This document shows positions 17,668 to 26,741 of a stretch of DNA of 64,000 nucleotides, one piece after another (the first letter of the stretch is position 1; each line of letters opens with the position of its first letter). The translations under genes and the position numbers were made by a program. The notes beneath the pieces were generated by a model, which saw nothing but the letters and a program-made list of their open reading frames with translations, had not been told where the DNA came from and made no database searches. The stretch lies in NCBI GenBank assembly GCA_035933545.1, contig DASYYQ010000146.1, positions 37,668 to 101,667 of the forward strand. Direction: 5' to 3'. This DNA comes from Candidatus Acidiferrales bacterium. GTDB lineage: Bacteria > Acidobacteriota > Terriglobia > Acidiferrales > UBA7541.

Positions 17668-20142
17668 TCATTCATAACGAAGCGCGACCAGCGGGTCTAC
17701 TCGCGCCGCGCGGCGTGCAGGAATATAGCAGGCCAGCAGCGCGACAATGCCAAGCGTCACGGCAACTGCCGTAAGGATGACAGGATCCGCAGGCTTCACG
17801 CCGTAAAGTTGCGATGCCAGGAAACCCGTAGTCGCCAGCGCGCCCGCCACTCCAATTACTACACCGATTCCGGCGAGCGTCATGCCCTGGCGAATCACCA
17901 GGCCAAGCACATCTCCCGGATGCGCGCCCAGCGCCATGCGAATGCCGATTTCATGCGTGCGCTGCACCACAGAATACGCAATGACGCCATAAATTCCCAA
18001 CGCGGCGAGGATCAGCGCCAGGCCGGCGAAAATGCTCATCAGCGTCATCGAAAATCGTTGAAAAGAGAGCGAAGTGGAGAGAATCTGCTCCATGGATTCG
18101 ATGTGGCCAATGGGTATATCCGGGTCTGCGCTGCGGATGGCGTTTTCGACAGCGTGGCTCAGGCTGAGCGGCGGTTGCGCGGTGCGCACCACAAAAGAAA
18201 CAGGGAACCACGACTGAAATCCCTGGATTTCGCCCGGGTCCTGTGCGAGTGGAATGAAGAATGTTGCAGGCGCAGGTTCGCCTAGCTCGGATTTGACGTC
18301 ACCGACGACGCCGACGATTTCTCGCGCGATCGTGGGTCCCCTGAGGCTCTGCCCGATAGGATTGCGATGCGGAAATTTTTCGCGCGCGAATTCCTGATTG
18401 ATGATTACAACCTTTTCCGATTCCGGGGAGTCAGCATTCGAGAAAAACCGCCCTTGAAGCAACGGAATTCCCATCGTGCGAAAATAATCAGGAGTGATAG
18501 TGCGAACATCCGCGGAAATGCCATGCGCTTCGCCCTCTGAAGGAAGCCAGACGAAATTGTTCCCGCCATAATCCAGCGGCAAACCTTCGCCTATAACGGC
18601 GGCGCTTTGAACTCCAGGAACAGACTGAACTTTATTCAGAATTCCCTGATAGAACCTGGCGATATCTGCGGAACGCGCACTTTGCTGGGGCGGGGTGCCG
18701 TTGTCGGGCAAAGGCAGAAATTTTTGGTTGGTGGTCCACGTCTGCACGGTGAGAATGGGATGCGGGTTGAATCCGGGATTGGTGTTCAGCAGATTCGCAA
18801 AGGTATCGATGAGCAACGCAGCGCCGGTAAGCAGAACCAGCGAGAGTGCAATTTCCCCGACAACCAGCGCGCTGCGCGAACGGCCGCGTGCAATGCCTGA
18901 CGTTGCTCGTCCGACGCTCTCCTTCAGCGAATTGTTCAGGTCCACTTTTGACGATTGAAACGCCGGAGCCATGCCGAACAGCACTCCACTCAGCAACGAA
19001 ACGAGTACGGTGAACGCCAGCGCCCAGCGGTCGAGCGAAATCGCGTTGACGCGCGGCAAATCCGCGGGCGCGAGCGCAAGGAGAAGTTTGAGTCCCCAAT
19101 CAGCGAAGAGCAATCCTAACGCTCCGCCGATCACGGCGAGCAGAAGGCTTTCCGTGAGCAACTGCCGGAATAGCCGCGCGCGGCTGGCGCCAAGCGCCGT
19201 GCGAATGGCGATCTCTTTGCCGCGTGCCGCGGCGCGAGACATCAGCAAATTTGCGACGTTGGCGCAGGCAATCAGCAGCACGAATCCGATGGCGCCGAAA
19301 AGAATTAGTAAGGGCGTGCGATAGCCGAATGAAGCCATCGTGCTAAGAGGTTGAGCGCTGAACGAGGCGTGATTCTTCACCAAAAAATTCGAGTGCAGAT
19401 CTTTGGCAAACATTCCTTCGGCAATTTGAAGGTAGCTGTCTGCCTGCGCAAGTGGCACGCCGGGCTTGAGGCGGGCAATCACGATATAGTTCCTTCCGCC
19501 GCCGATGGAATCGTCAACTTGACCGAGTGTTGTCCAGAGCTCGATGGAGGTGTCCGAATTGCCGCGCAAGCTCACGTTCTGGAAGCCGGCCGGCATGACG
19601 CCAACTACGGTGTATGGTGTGCTATCTAACGAAATACTCTTGCCAACGATGTGCGCGTCACTGCCAAACTGCGATTTCCACAAGCCATAGCTAAGTATGG
19701 CCACGTTCGGACCATTGGGGCTATCTTCATCCGGTCTGAATTCGCGGCCCAGGGCTGGCTGCACGCCCATCACGCGGAAATAATCCTGGGAAACGCGCAA
19801 CGCACGCAGGCGCAACGGCTCACTGCCGCCGGAAAGATTGAAACCAACGCCGGTGGTCGCGGCGACGTACGAGAAAGGTTCGCTGTGAGCCTTCCAAAAA
19901 GCAAATTCACGCGCGCCGAATCCCGAATAATCGAGCTGCCCGTTGTAGCTGATGGAGATTTGCGTAATGCGATCGGGGTGAGGATAAGGCAGTGGTCGCA
20001 ATAGGACGCCATAGACCACGCTGAATATCGCGGTGTTCGCGCCGATCCCCAAGGCCAGCGTAAGCACGACTACCGCGGCAAAGCCCGGCTGGCGGGCCAA
20101 GGTGCGAATGCCATAGCGAATGTCCTGCCATAGGTTTTTCAT
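17668..20142 (-). CDS. ADOP-family duplicated MacB/FtsX-like ABC permease (no cognate ATPase nearby)
   Basis: Start MKNLWQDIRYGIRTLARQPGFAAVVVLTLALGIGANTAIFSVV. There are two MacB_PCD/FtsX halves (ACANVANLLMSRAAARGKEIAIRTALGAS... and ...VVQRTHEIGIRMALGA...). It has the family C-terminus [20 protein letters not shown]. Confidence 0.85.
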   Translation of the reverse strand: MKNLWQDIRYGIRTLARQPGFAAVVVLTLALGIGANTAIFSVVYGVLLRPLPYPHPDRITQISISYNGQLDYSGFGAREFAFWKAHSEPFSYVAATTGVGFNLSGGSEPLRLRALRVSQDYFRVMGVQPALGREFRPDEDSPNGPNVAILSYGLWKSQFGSDAHIVGKSISLDSTPYTVVGVMPAGFQNVSLRGNSDTSIELWTTLGQVDDSIGGGRNYIVIARLKPGVPLAQADSYLQIAEGMFAKDLHSNFLVKNHASFSAQPLSTMASFGYRTPLLILFGAIGFVLLIACANVANLLMSRAAARGKEIAIRTALGASRARLFRQLLTESLLLAVIGGALGLLFADWGLKLLLALAPADLPRVNAISLDRWALAFTVLVSLLSGVLFGMAPAFQSSKVDLNNSLKESVGRATSGIARGRSRSALVVGEIALSLVLLTGAALLIDTFANLLNTNPGFNPHPILTVQTWTTNQKFLPLPDNGTPPQQSARSADIARFYQGILNKVQSVPGVQSAAVIGEGLPLDYGGNNFVWLPSEGEAHGISADVRTITPDYFRTMGIPLLQGRFFSNADSPESEKVVIINQEFAREKFPHRNPIGQSLRGPTIAREIVGVVGDVKSELGEPAPATFFIPLAQDPGEIQGFQSWFPVSFVVRTAQPPLSLSHAVENAIRSADPDIPIGHIESMEQILSTSLSFQRFSMTLMSIFAGLALILAALGIYGVIAYSVVQRTHEIGIRMALGAHPGDVLGLVIRQGMTLAGIGVVIGVAGALATTGFLASQLYGVKPADPVILTAVAVTLGIVALLACYIPARRAARVDPLVALRYE

Positions 20143-20171
20143 GGCGGAGTACCCCAAAGAGCATTTATCGG

Positions 20172-20185
20172 GCACGTTGTTTGCC
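20172..20185 (-). promoter_or_regulatory. candidate sigma54 (-24/-12) promoter for permease 17668..20142
   Basis: The minus strand reads cGGCAAAcaacGTGCc, with GG and GC exactly 12 nt apart, about 30 nt upstream of the ATG at 20142. The same bases on the plus strand read GGCACGttgtTTGC, an even better consensus match, so orientation is ambiguous. Confidence 0.4.
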
Positions 20186-20257
20186 GGAACCCAAAATCAG
20201 CAAAGTCCGTATTTTGAGAGATTAGCACAACGGGGAGAGGTTTGTTTGCGAGCGCAG

Positions 20258-20273
20258 TGTCCGAATTCGGACA
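20258..20273. promoter_or_regulatory. perfect 16-bp palindrome TGTCCGAATTCGGACA (candidate enhancer-binding-protein site)
   Basis: Seen directly in the 237-bp gap between the two permease genes. Its centre is about 93 bp upstream (minus-strand sense) of the -12 GC of the putative sigma54 promoter. Confidence 0.4.
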
Positions 20274-20379
20274 GTTGCTTGCCTAGAATGAACAGCCGTC
20301 AGCGCTTGGCGGTGCTCCAAGATACCCTCATCTCAACAAAATTTTCATGGTTCGTTTGTGACGCTGAAGGCGGCATGAT

Positions 20380-22845
20380 TTATTCGTAGCGCAGCGAGTT
20401 GAGTGGATCGACCCGCGTGGCGCGACGCGCGGGGATGTAGCAGGCGGCTAATGCCACAATCGCGAGCACCCCGATAGCGGCGAGCGAAGAGGGAATGTCA
20501 ACTGACTTCACGCCGAAGAGCAATCCTGCGAGAACCGTGGTCAGCGCATAGGATCCGGCGATTCCCAGGAGAATGCCGATCAGCGCCAGCCGGACTCCAT
20601 GGCCAACAATTAATCGAATCACATCGCGCGGCTGCGCACCCAGCGCCATGCGAATGCCGATTTCATGGGTGCGCTGCTGCACTCCGTAGGAAATCACGCC
20701 ATAGATGCCGATGGCGGCGAGCGTCAGGGCCAGCAACGCGAAACAAGTGAGCAGCTTGGCGTCAAGTGCCTCCGTGGAAACCGATTTTGACAGCAATTCA
20801 TCCATGGATTTCATTTCCGTGACAGGCTGATTTTTATCCACGGAAAAGATAGCCTGGCGCGCTGACGGAGCAAGCGAGTCGGGCGGAACGGAGGTGCGCG
20901 CCACGATGCGCATGATGCGCGAGGGAGCTTGCGTGTAGGGCAGATAAAGCAAGGGTGGCGGGCTATCGCCAAATTGGCGATCGCGCACATCGGCAACCAT
21001 GCCCACAATGGTAATCCACCCATCACTGACCGCGGGACGATATGGCGCTGATTTCGATTGCTCAACGTGGGCGCGGATGCGCTGCCCGATGGGATTTTGA
21101 TTCGGCCAATACTTGCTTGCGAGCGCCTGATTGATGATGGCAACACCTTGCGCATTCTCCGTATCTGCGTCGGAGAAATATCTCCCCTTAAGCAGAGCAA
21201 TTTGCATGGTCTTAAAGTACTGCCCGTCAATCACGCGGTAATGGGCGACGAATTCCTCTTTCGGCGGAGGCGCCGGCCGGCCGGCAATATCCAAAGTCGC
21301 GAAATCCGTCCAACCGGTGAGTGGCAAAAAATCAATCGCGCTGGCGAATTTCACCCCAGGAAGAGCGCGCATTTTGGCGATTGCCTGCTGGAAAAAGGCG
21401 CGCGCTTGCGCCATGGCCGGATAATTTGAATCAGGCAGCCAGACCTGGAAAGAGAGAACGTTTTGGGGATTGAATCCCATGTTTGCGTTCAGAAGGCCAT
21501 CGAGGCCGCGAAGCAAAGTGCCCGCGCCGATCAGCAGGATTAGGGACAGCGCAATTTCGGTGACCACCAGCAGGTCGCGCATTACGCGGCTTTGCGTGCC
21601 GCCGGTGGAGCTGCGGCTGCTCTCCTTCAGCGCCTCATTCAGATCGGCTTTGGACGATTGGAACGCCGGCGCGAGGCCAAAAATAATTCCTGTTAAGACG
21701 GCTATACCGATTGTGAACCAGAGCACCGGCAAATTGATTCCAATCCATCCCGTATGCGGAATTTCACCGGCCGTTCCAGGCGGCGGTGCAATCAGAGGCA
21801 AGAGGCGCAAGGAACCGTAGGCTAGCAGCAGTCCGACCGCGCCGCCCAGCAGTCCGAGCAGCACGCTTTCCGTCAGCATTTGACGTACTAGCCGAAAGCG
21901 CCGCGCGCCCAGCGCGGAACGGATAGCCACTTCGCGCTGCCGGCCAGCGGAGCGGGAAAGCGTCAGATTTGCTACATTGGCGCAGGCGATAAGCAGCACC
22001 AAACCCACCGCCGCCAGAAGTACAAGCAAAGGGTCACCAATTCCGCGATTGAAGTCTTCATGCATCGAAACGACGTTCGTACCAGTCCCCTCATTTGTAT
22101 CGGGATATTCCATGGAGAGCCGATGAGAGATAGCGCTCATATCGGCGTTGGCATGCGCGATGGTCTCGCCATTTTTCAGGCGCGCGAATACGATGAGCGA
22201 AGGATTGTCGCGGCGAATTTCGCTGGGTGCAAAAGAAAGCGGCATCCACAAATCGAGCGATGGGCCGGATCCCCACAATGTGAAACCTGCGGGCAGTACG
22301 CCCACGACCGTATACATTTTGCCGTCAATAGTGACGCTGCGATTGATGATGTTCGGATTGGCGCCAAAATGGCGCACCCAGATTCCATGGCTCAGAATCA
22401 CAACTTGATCGTGGCCGGGTTGCTCTTCATCGGGGCGAAAACTGCGGCCCAGCGCTGGCTTGACGCCAAGCATTGAGAAGAAATCCGGCGAAACGTGCAC
22501 ACCCCAGAGCTGCTCCGCTTCGCCCGCGCCGGTGAGAGTAAAAAACCAGACTTGGTACGCGGCGATGCTCTGAAAAACCTGATTTTGCGAGCGCCAATCG
22601 AGGAAATCGGCAGGCGGCGACGTGCCGCGCATAATTTTACGATTCGCGTCCGTTTCCCATACGAGCACCAGTTGCTGAGGATTTGGAAATGGCAAAGGGC
22701 GCAGGACGACGGCGTCGACGATGCTGAATATAGCGGTGTTGGCGCCTATGCCCAGCGCCAAAGTGAGTATGGCCACCAGCGTGAATCCCGGGCTTCTGCG
22801 CAGCATTCGCCCGCCATACTGCAAATCCTGCCAGAGTTTTCCCAT
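20380..22845 (-). CDS. ADOP-family duplicated MacB/FtsX-like ABC permease (paralog)
   Basis: MGKLWQDLQYGGRMLRRSPGFTLVAILTLALGIGANTAIFSIVDAV, two FtsX halves (REVAIRSALGAR..., QRTHEIGIRMALGAQ...), and the C-terminus [20 protein letters not shown]. Confidence 0.85.
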   Translation of the reverse strand: MGKLWQDLQYGGRMLRRSPGFTLVAILTLALGIGANTAIFSIVDAVVLRPLPFPNPQQLVLVWETDANRKIMRGTSPPADFLDWRSQNQVFQSIAAYQVWFFTLTGAGEAEQLWGVHVSPDFFSMLGVKPALGRSFRPDEEQPGHDQVVILSHGIWVRHFGANPNIINRSVTIDGKMYTVVGVLPAGFTLWGSGPSLDLWMPLSFAPSEIRRDNPSLIVFARLKNGETIAHANADMSAISHRLSMEYPDTNEGTGTNVVSMHEDFNRGIGDPLLVLLAAVGLVLLIACANVANLTLSRSAGRQREVAIRSALGARRFRLVRQMLTESVLLGLLGGAVGLLLAYGSLRLLPLIAPPPGTAGEIPHTGWIGINLPVLWFTIGIAVLTGIIFGLAPAFQSSKADLNEALKESSRSSTGGTQSRVMRDLLVVTEIALSLILLIGAGTLLRGLDGLLNANMGFNPQNVLSFQVWLPDSNYPAMAQARAFFQQAIAKMRALPGVKFASAIDFLPLTGWTDFATLDIAGRPAPPPKEEFVAHYRVIDGQYFKTMQIALLKGRYFSDADTENAQGVAIINQALASKYWPNQNPIGQRIRAHVEQSKSAPYRPAVSDGWITIVGMVADVRDRQFGDSPPPLLYLPYTQAPSRIMRIVARTSVPPDSLAPSARQAIFSVDKNQPVTEMKSMDELLSKSVSTEALDAKLLTCFALLALTLAAIGIYGVISYGVQQRTHEIGIRMALGAQPRDVIRLIVGHGVRLALIGILLGIAGSYALTTVLAGLLFGVKSVDIPSSLAAIGVLAIVALAACYIPARRATRVDPLNSLRYE

Positions 22846-23061
22846 ATGCCGTCGTCGTAGCCGCCGGGGAGTGCGCCTAGTATTCCTGCAGGAGCGGCGT
22901 GCCTCTTGTTATACATCATTGTCTTTACCGTTTCACTATTCATCTTACAGAGAAATCGAGGCTGGGCTCGCTGGCCGCTTGGCCAGGCGAAAGGAGACGA
23001 CGGACGGTTAATAGTTGAAAAGTCGAAAGTAAAATGGCTACTTCTAACTCTCAACTTTCGA

Positions 23062-23232
23062 CTATTCGTACCTCAGGCCACCATGGGATCCACGTTCATC
23101 GCGCGCCGCGCGGGGATATAGCACGCCAGCAGCCCCACACCCACCAGGACAATCGCGGCCATCGTAAACGTCAGCGGATCGATTGCGCATACGCCATAAA
23201 GGATCACAATGTTCGTGGCCGCCACCGCCCGG
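23062..23232 (-). pseudogene. C-terminal relic (~55 codons) of a third ADOP permease, frameshifted at the last five codons
   Basis: The minus-strand translation is ...[43 protein letters not shown] followed by TGA. One frame over, the next bases read (c)TG AGG TAC GAA TAG, which is LRYE-stop and recreates the family terminus VDPxVALRYE. The relic abuts the etfA stop codon at 23233. Confidence 0.7.
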
Positions 23233-24222
23233 CTAGACACTGGCGCTTTTTTCGACGGCTTCGGTGAGCGCGGGAACAATCTCGAAGAGGTCGCCGACGA
23301 CGCCATAATCGGCGATTTCAAAAATGGGCGCGTTTTGATCTTTGTTGATAGCCACGATGCAGCGCGAGCCTTTCATGCCGACGACGTGTTGGATCGCGCC
23401 ACTGATGCCCAACGCCAGATAAAGCTTAGGCGAAACGGTTTGGCCAGAGCTGCCGATTTGGCGATCCATGGGCAGCCAGCCTTCGTCACAAATGGGGCGC
23501 GACGCGGAGAGCTCTGCGCCGAGCGCCTTGGCGAGTTTTTCCGCGAGCGGAATATTTTCCGGAGCCTTAATGCCGCGGCCGATGGAAACCAGAATCGGCG
23601 CTTGCGTCAGATCTACGGCTTGCTTTGCTTCGCGGAAGAGTTCCAGCGGCTTGGTGCGAATCTGTTCAGCCTTTAAGTCAAAGCCTGCTGGTTTTACGGG
23701 CGCTTTGCCGCCCTGGTTTTTCGCGGCCATATCCGCGCGAAAGGCGCCGGCCTGGAACGATGCGATCCACGGCGCATCGCCCTGAAAAACCACGTCGGCG
23801 GCGGTGCGTCCTTGAAACATTTGCCGCACAAAAATCAGCTTGCCATTTTCGTAGCGATAGCCGACGCAATCGCCAATCATTCCCTTGTTCATCGACGCTG
23901 CGAGCTTTGGCGCGAAGTCGCGCACCTGATAGGTATGCGGCAGAATCACCAAATCGGGTTTGGCCTGCTCGATCACTTGCTTGAGTGCGATGGAATACCC
24001 GTCAGGCGTGTATTTTTCGAGCAGCGCGTTCTCTGCCAAAATTACTTCTTCCAATTGATAGCCCGCGAGTTCGTCGGCGAGCGGCGCCACGCCTTGGCCA
24101 ATGACCAACCCTGTTACAGACGCTTTTGCCTGCCCGGCGATTTGCTGTGCGGCCGCCAAAGCCTCAAAGCTCACTTTATTCCACTTTGCTTCGCGCTGCT
24201 CGGTAATCAGTAGAATTTTCAT
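23233..24222 (-). CDS. etfA: electron transfer flavoprotein subunit alpha
   Basis: 329 aa. The C-terminal FAD-binding signature is [10 protein letters not shown]...[55 protein letters not shown]. Confidence 0.9.
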   Translation of the reverse strand: MKILLITEQREAKWNKVSFEALAAAQQIAGQAKASVTGLVIGQGVAPLADELAGYQLEEVILAENALLEKYTPDGYSIALKQVIEQAKPDLVILPHTYQVRDFAPKLAASMNKGMIGDCVGYRYENGKLIFVRQMFQGRTAADVVFQGDAPWIASFQAGAFRADMAAKNQGGKAPVKPAGFDLKAEQIRTKPLELFREAKQAVDLTQAPILVSIGRGIKAPENIPLAEKLAKALGAELSASRPICDEGWLPMDRQIGSSGQTVSPKLYLALGISGAIQHVVGMKGSRCIVAINKDQNAPIFEIADYGVVGDLFEIVPALTEAVEKSASV

Positions 24223-24237
24223 TTTGTTTCGCCGAGG

Positions 24238-25008
24238 CTAAAGCACTCGCGCCTCGTGCTGCAATTTTTCCACCAGCTTGGTGGCGATTTCTTTTGGTGA
24301 GCCGGTGATGAATTCGGTTTTTTTCGTTTTCTGCGGAACGTAAATCCGCTCCACTTTTTGTGTTGGCGAAGATTGCACGCCCAGCGACTCGCGCGGCACA
24401 CTGGCAATTTCTTTTTTCTTTGCGGCCATGATGCCCTTGAGCGTCGCATAGCGCGGCTTGTTGATGCCGGACTGAATGGTCAGCACGGCAGGTAAAGGCA
24501 ATTCCACCCACTGGAACCACCCCGCTTCAAGCTCGCGCTTCAGGCGCAGATGATCGCCCTGCAATTCGATGGACATGATGATCGTGGCGTGCGGCCGGCC
24601 CAGCAATTCTGCGAGCAGCACTCCGGTTTGGCCGAAGCCGTGGTCCTCGCTCTGCAAGCCGGTCAAAATCAGATCGAAATTTTCCTTTTGAATTGCGGCA
24701 GCGAGGGACCGCGCCGAAGTGAGAGGATCGAGGCCGTGAAATTTGTCGTCCACCACGTGAATGCCGCGCTCCGCGCCCTTGGCCAGCGCTTCTTTGATGG
24801 TTTGCTTGGCGCGCTCTGGACCCATCGAAATGGCCACCACTTCTCCGCCGTGTTTTTCCTTGAGGCGCAGGGCCTCTTCGAGCGCGAAGCTGTCAGGCTC
24901 GTTCGTTTCAAAGCTGATATCCGTCTCGCGAATCCACGACCCGCTCGAGTCAATGACCAGCGGTGCATCTTTCGCCGGAACCTGCTTCACGCAAACGCCA
25001 ATTTTCAA
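24238..25008 (-). CDS. etfB: electron transfer flavoprotein subunit beta
   Basis: MKIGVCVKQVPAKDAPL...NEPDSFALEEALRLKE...GGEVVAISMGP...DLILTGLQSEDHGFGQTG is canonical EtfB. It lies immediately upstream of etfA. Confidence 0.9.
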   Translation of the reverse strand: MKIGVCVKQVPAKDAPLVIDSSGSWIRETDISFETNEPDSFALEEALRLKEKHGGEVVAISMGPERAKQTIKEALAKGAERGIHVVDDKFHGLDPLTSARSLAAAIQKENFDLILTGLQSEDHGFGQTGVLLAELLGRPHATIIMSIELQGDHLRLKRELEAGWFQWVELPLPAVLTIQSGINKPRYATLKGIMAAKKKEIASVPRESLGVQSSPTQKVERIYVPQKTKKTEFITGSPKEIATKLVEKLQHEARVL

Positions 25009-25063
25009 CGACAGCCTCCCGTAAAAGTTCCGTCGCAGACTTGCGCCGCAGAATCAGAACCGC

Positions 25064-26308
25064 TCAGCGGCCATCCCAAAGCTTGAAAACCAGAGATGCG
25101 TTTGTGCCGCCAAAGCCGAATGAATTCGAGAGCGCGTACTGAACGTTCGTTTTGCGCGCCTGATTCGGAATGTAATCGAGGTCGCACGCCGGATCAGGAT
25201 TTTCGTAGTTGATGGTCGGCGGTAACACCTGATCGCGCAGCGCCAGAACGCAAATGCCTGCTTCGAGGCCGCCCGCGCCACCCAACACGTGCCCGGTCAT
25301 CGATTTCGTGGAGCTGACTGGAATATCTTTTGCGGCGTCGCCGAAAGTGCGCTTAATCGCCAGCGTCTCAAGCGCGTCACCGATGGGCGTCGAAGTGCCG
25401 TGTGCGTTTACGTAGCCGACCTGTTCCGGGGCGACTCCCGCGTCATGGAGCGACGCGCGCATTACGCGATAGGCGCCGTCGCCGTCTTCGGACGGCTGGG
25501 TCATGTGGTACGCGTCCGCGGACATCCCGTAGCCGACAATTTCCGCCAGGATTTTTGCGCCGCGGCGCTGCGCATGCTCGAGCGATTCCAGAATGAGCAT
25601 GCCCGAGCCTTCGCCCATCACAAATCCGTCGCGTTGCGCGTCGAATGGACGGCTGGCTCGCATCGGCTCGTCGTTGCGCGTGGAAAGAGCTTTCATTGCC
25701 GCAAAGCCGCCGATGCCCATGGGCGTAATCGCCGCTTCCGAGCCTCCCGCAAGCATCACTTCCGCGTCGCAACGCTGGATAATCTTGAACGCATCGCCAA
25801 TAGCATGCGCCGAAGCCGAACACGCTGTCGCCGTCGCGGAATTCGGCCCTTTCGCGCCCAGTCGAATGGAAACTTGGCCGGCCGCGAGGTTGATAATCGC
25901 GGAAGGAATGAAGAAGGGAGAGATTTTGCCGGGACCACCGTGAATCAGCTTGCTGTGCTCACGCTCGATGACGTCAAATCCGCCGATGCCGGAAGCAATG
26001 TAAACGCCAGTTGCGTCCGCATTTTCATCGGTGATTCGCAGGCCGGCCATTTTTACGGCAAAGTCGGTTGCGGCGATGGCCAGGTGAATAAAGCGGGCCA
26101 TCTTTTTTACTTCTTTTTTCTCGATCCATTGAAAAGGATCGAACCCCTTCACTTCGCCGGCGAATGTGCAGTCAAATCCGGTGACATCAAATTGGGTAAT
26201 CGGCGCAATGCCGCTCTTGGCGGCAACGAGATTTTTCCACGCTTCCTCGGTGCCAATGCCGCAGGCGCAGACGAGTCCGACTCCAGTAACGACAACTCGG
26301 CGTTTCAA
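25064..26308 (-). CDS. fabF: beta-ketoacyl-ACP synthase II
   Basis: MKRRVVVTGVGLV...; the active-site Cys is in ATACSASAHAIGDA; the His motifs are YVNAHGTSTPIGD and KSMTGHVLGGAG; the C-terminus is NSFGFGGTNASLVF. Confidence 0.9.
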   Translation of the reverse strand: MKRRVVVTGVGLVCACGIGTEEAWKNLVAAKSGIAPITQFDVTGFDCTFAGEVKGFDPFQWIEKKEVKKMARFIHLAIAATDFAVKMAGLRITDENADATGVYIASGIGGFDVIEREHSKLIHGGPGKISPFFIPSAIINLAAGQVSIRLGAKGPNSATATACSASAHAIGDAFKIIQRCDAEVMLAGGSEAAITPMGIGGFAAMKALSTRNDEPMRASRPFDAQRDGFVMGEGSGMLILESLEHAQRRGAKILAEIVGYGMSADAYHMTQPSEDGDGAYRVMRASLHDAGVAPEQVGYVNAHGTSTPIGDALETLAIKRTFGDAAKDIPVSSTKSMTGHVLGGAGGLEAGICVLALRDQVLPPTINYENPDPACDLDYIPNQARKTNVQYALSNSFGFGGTNASLVFKLWDGR

Positions 26309-26346
26309 TCGGGAACTTTTCTCCTCGGGAAAGCCCAGATCTGGAA

Positions 26347-26592
26347 CTACTTCTTCCCTTGGGCGTGCTTATCGATGTAGGCGATGGCGTCCTTCACCGT
26401 GGCGATCTTTTCCGCGTCCTCATCGGGGATTTCGATGCCGAACGCCTCTTCGAAGGCCATCACCAGTTCGACGATGTCGAGCGAGTCCGCGCCCAGATCG
26501 TCCACAAACGAAGCCGTCGGCGTCACCTCGCCTTCGTCCACACCGAGTTGTTCGACGATAATCTGCTTCACGCGTTCTTCAACGCTGGCCAT
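26347..26592 (-). CDS. acpP: acyl carrier protein
   Basis: 81 aa with the phosphopantetheine site in [23 protein letters not shown] (DSL motif). It lies directly upstream of fabF. Confidence 0.9.
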   Translation of the reverse strand: MASVEERVKQIIVEQLGVDEGEVTPTASFVDDLGADSLDIVELVMAFEEAFGIEIPDEDAEKIATVKDAIAYIDKHAQGKK

Positions 26593-26741
26593 GCTCTTCC
26601 TTCCTCCGCTTTCGACGTTCGATTTTTAGTGCGATTCTCCGGCGGCTTCTCCGGTTGCTGAACCTGTTCATTCTAAGCGGCGCTTCAAATCAGGTCAACA
26701 ACCGTTCGTTGAAAAGGGGCCTCTGCGCTGAACCAGGCGTT

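Noticed and set aside
20288-20389. 33-codon plus-strand ORF (MNSRQRLAVLQDTLISTKFSWFVCDAEGGMIYS) downstream of the plus-strand reading of the sigma54 element
   Set aside because: It has no RBS. It overlaps the 3' end of the convergent permease gene, and there is no evidence of coding conservation. It is mentioned only as a possible target if the plus-strand promoter proves active.
22887-22904. Sigma54-like element AGGCACG...TGCA (minus strand) about 45 nt upstream of permease 20380..22845
   Set aside because: The GG and GC dinucleotides are 14 nt apart instead of the required 12. Sigma54 promoters do not tolerate a 2-nt spacing change, so this is probably fortuitous or a decayed site. It would be worth revisiting only if a TSS maps here.
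25289-26380. 363-aa plus-strand ORF
   Set aside because: It is fully antisense to fabF and acpP, both unmistakable. The composition is Arg-rich and low-complexity.
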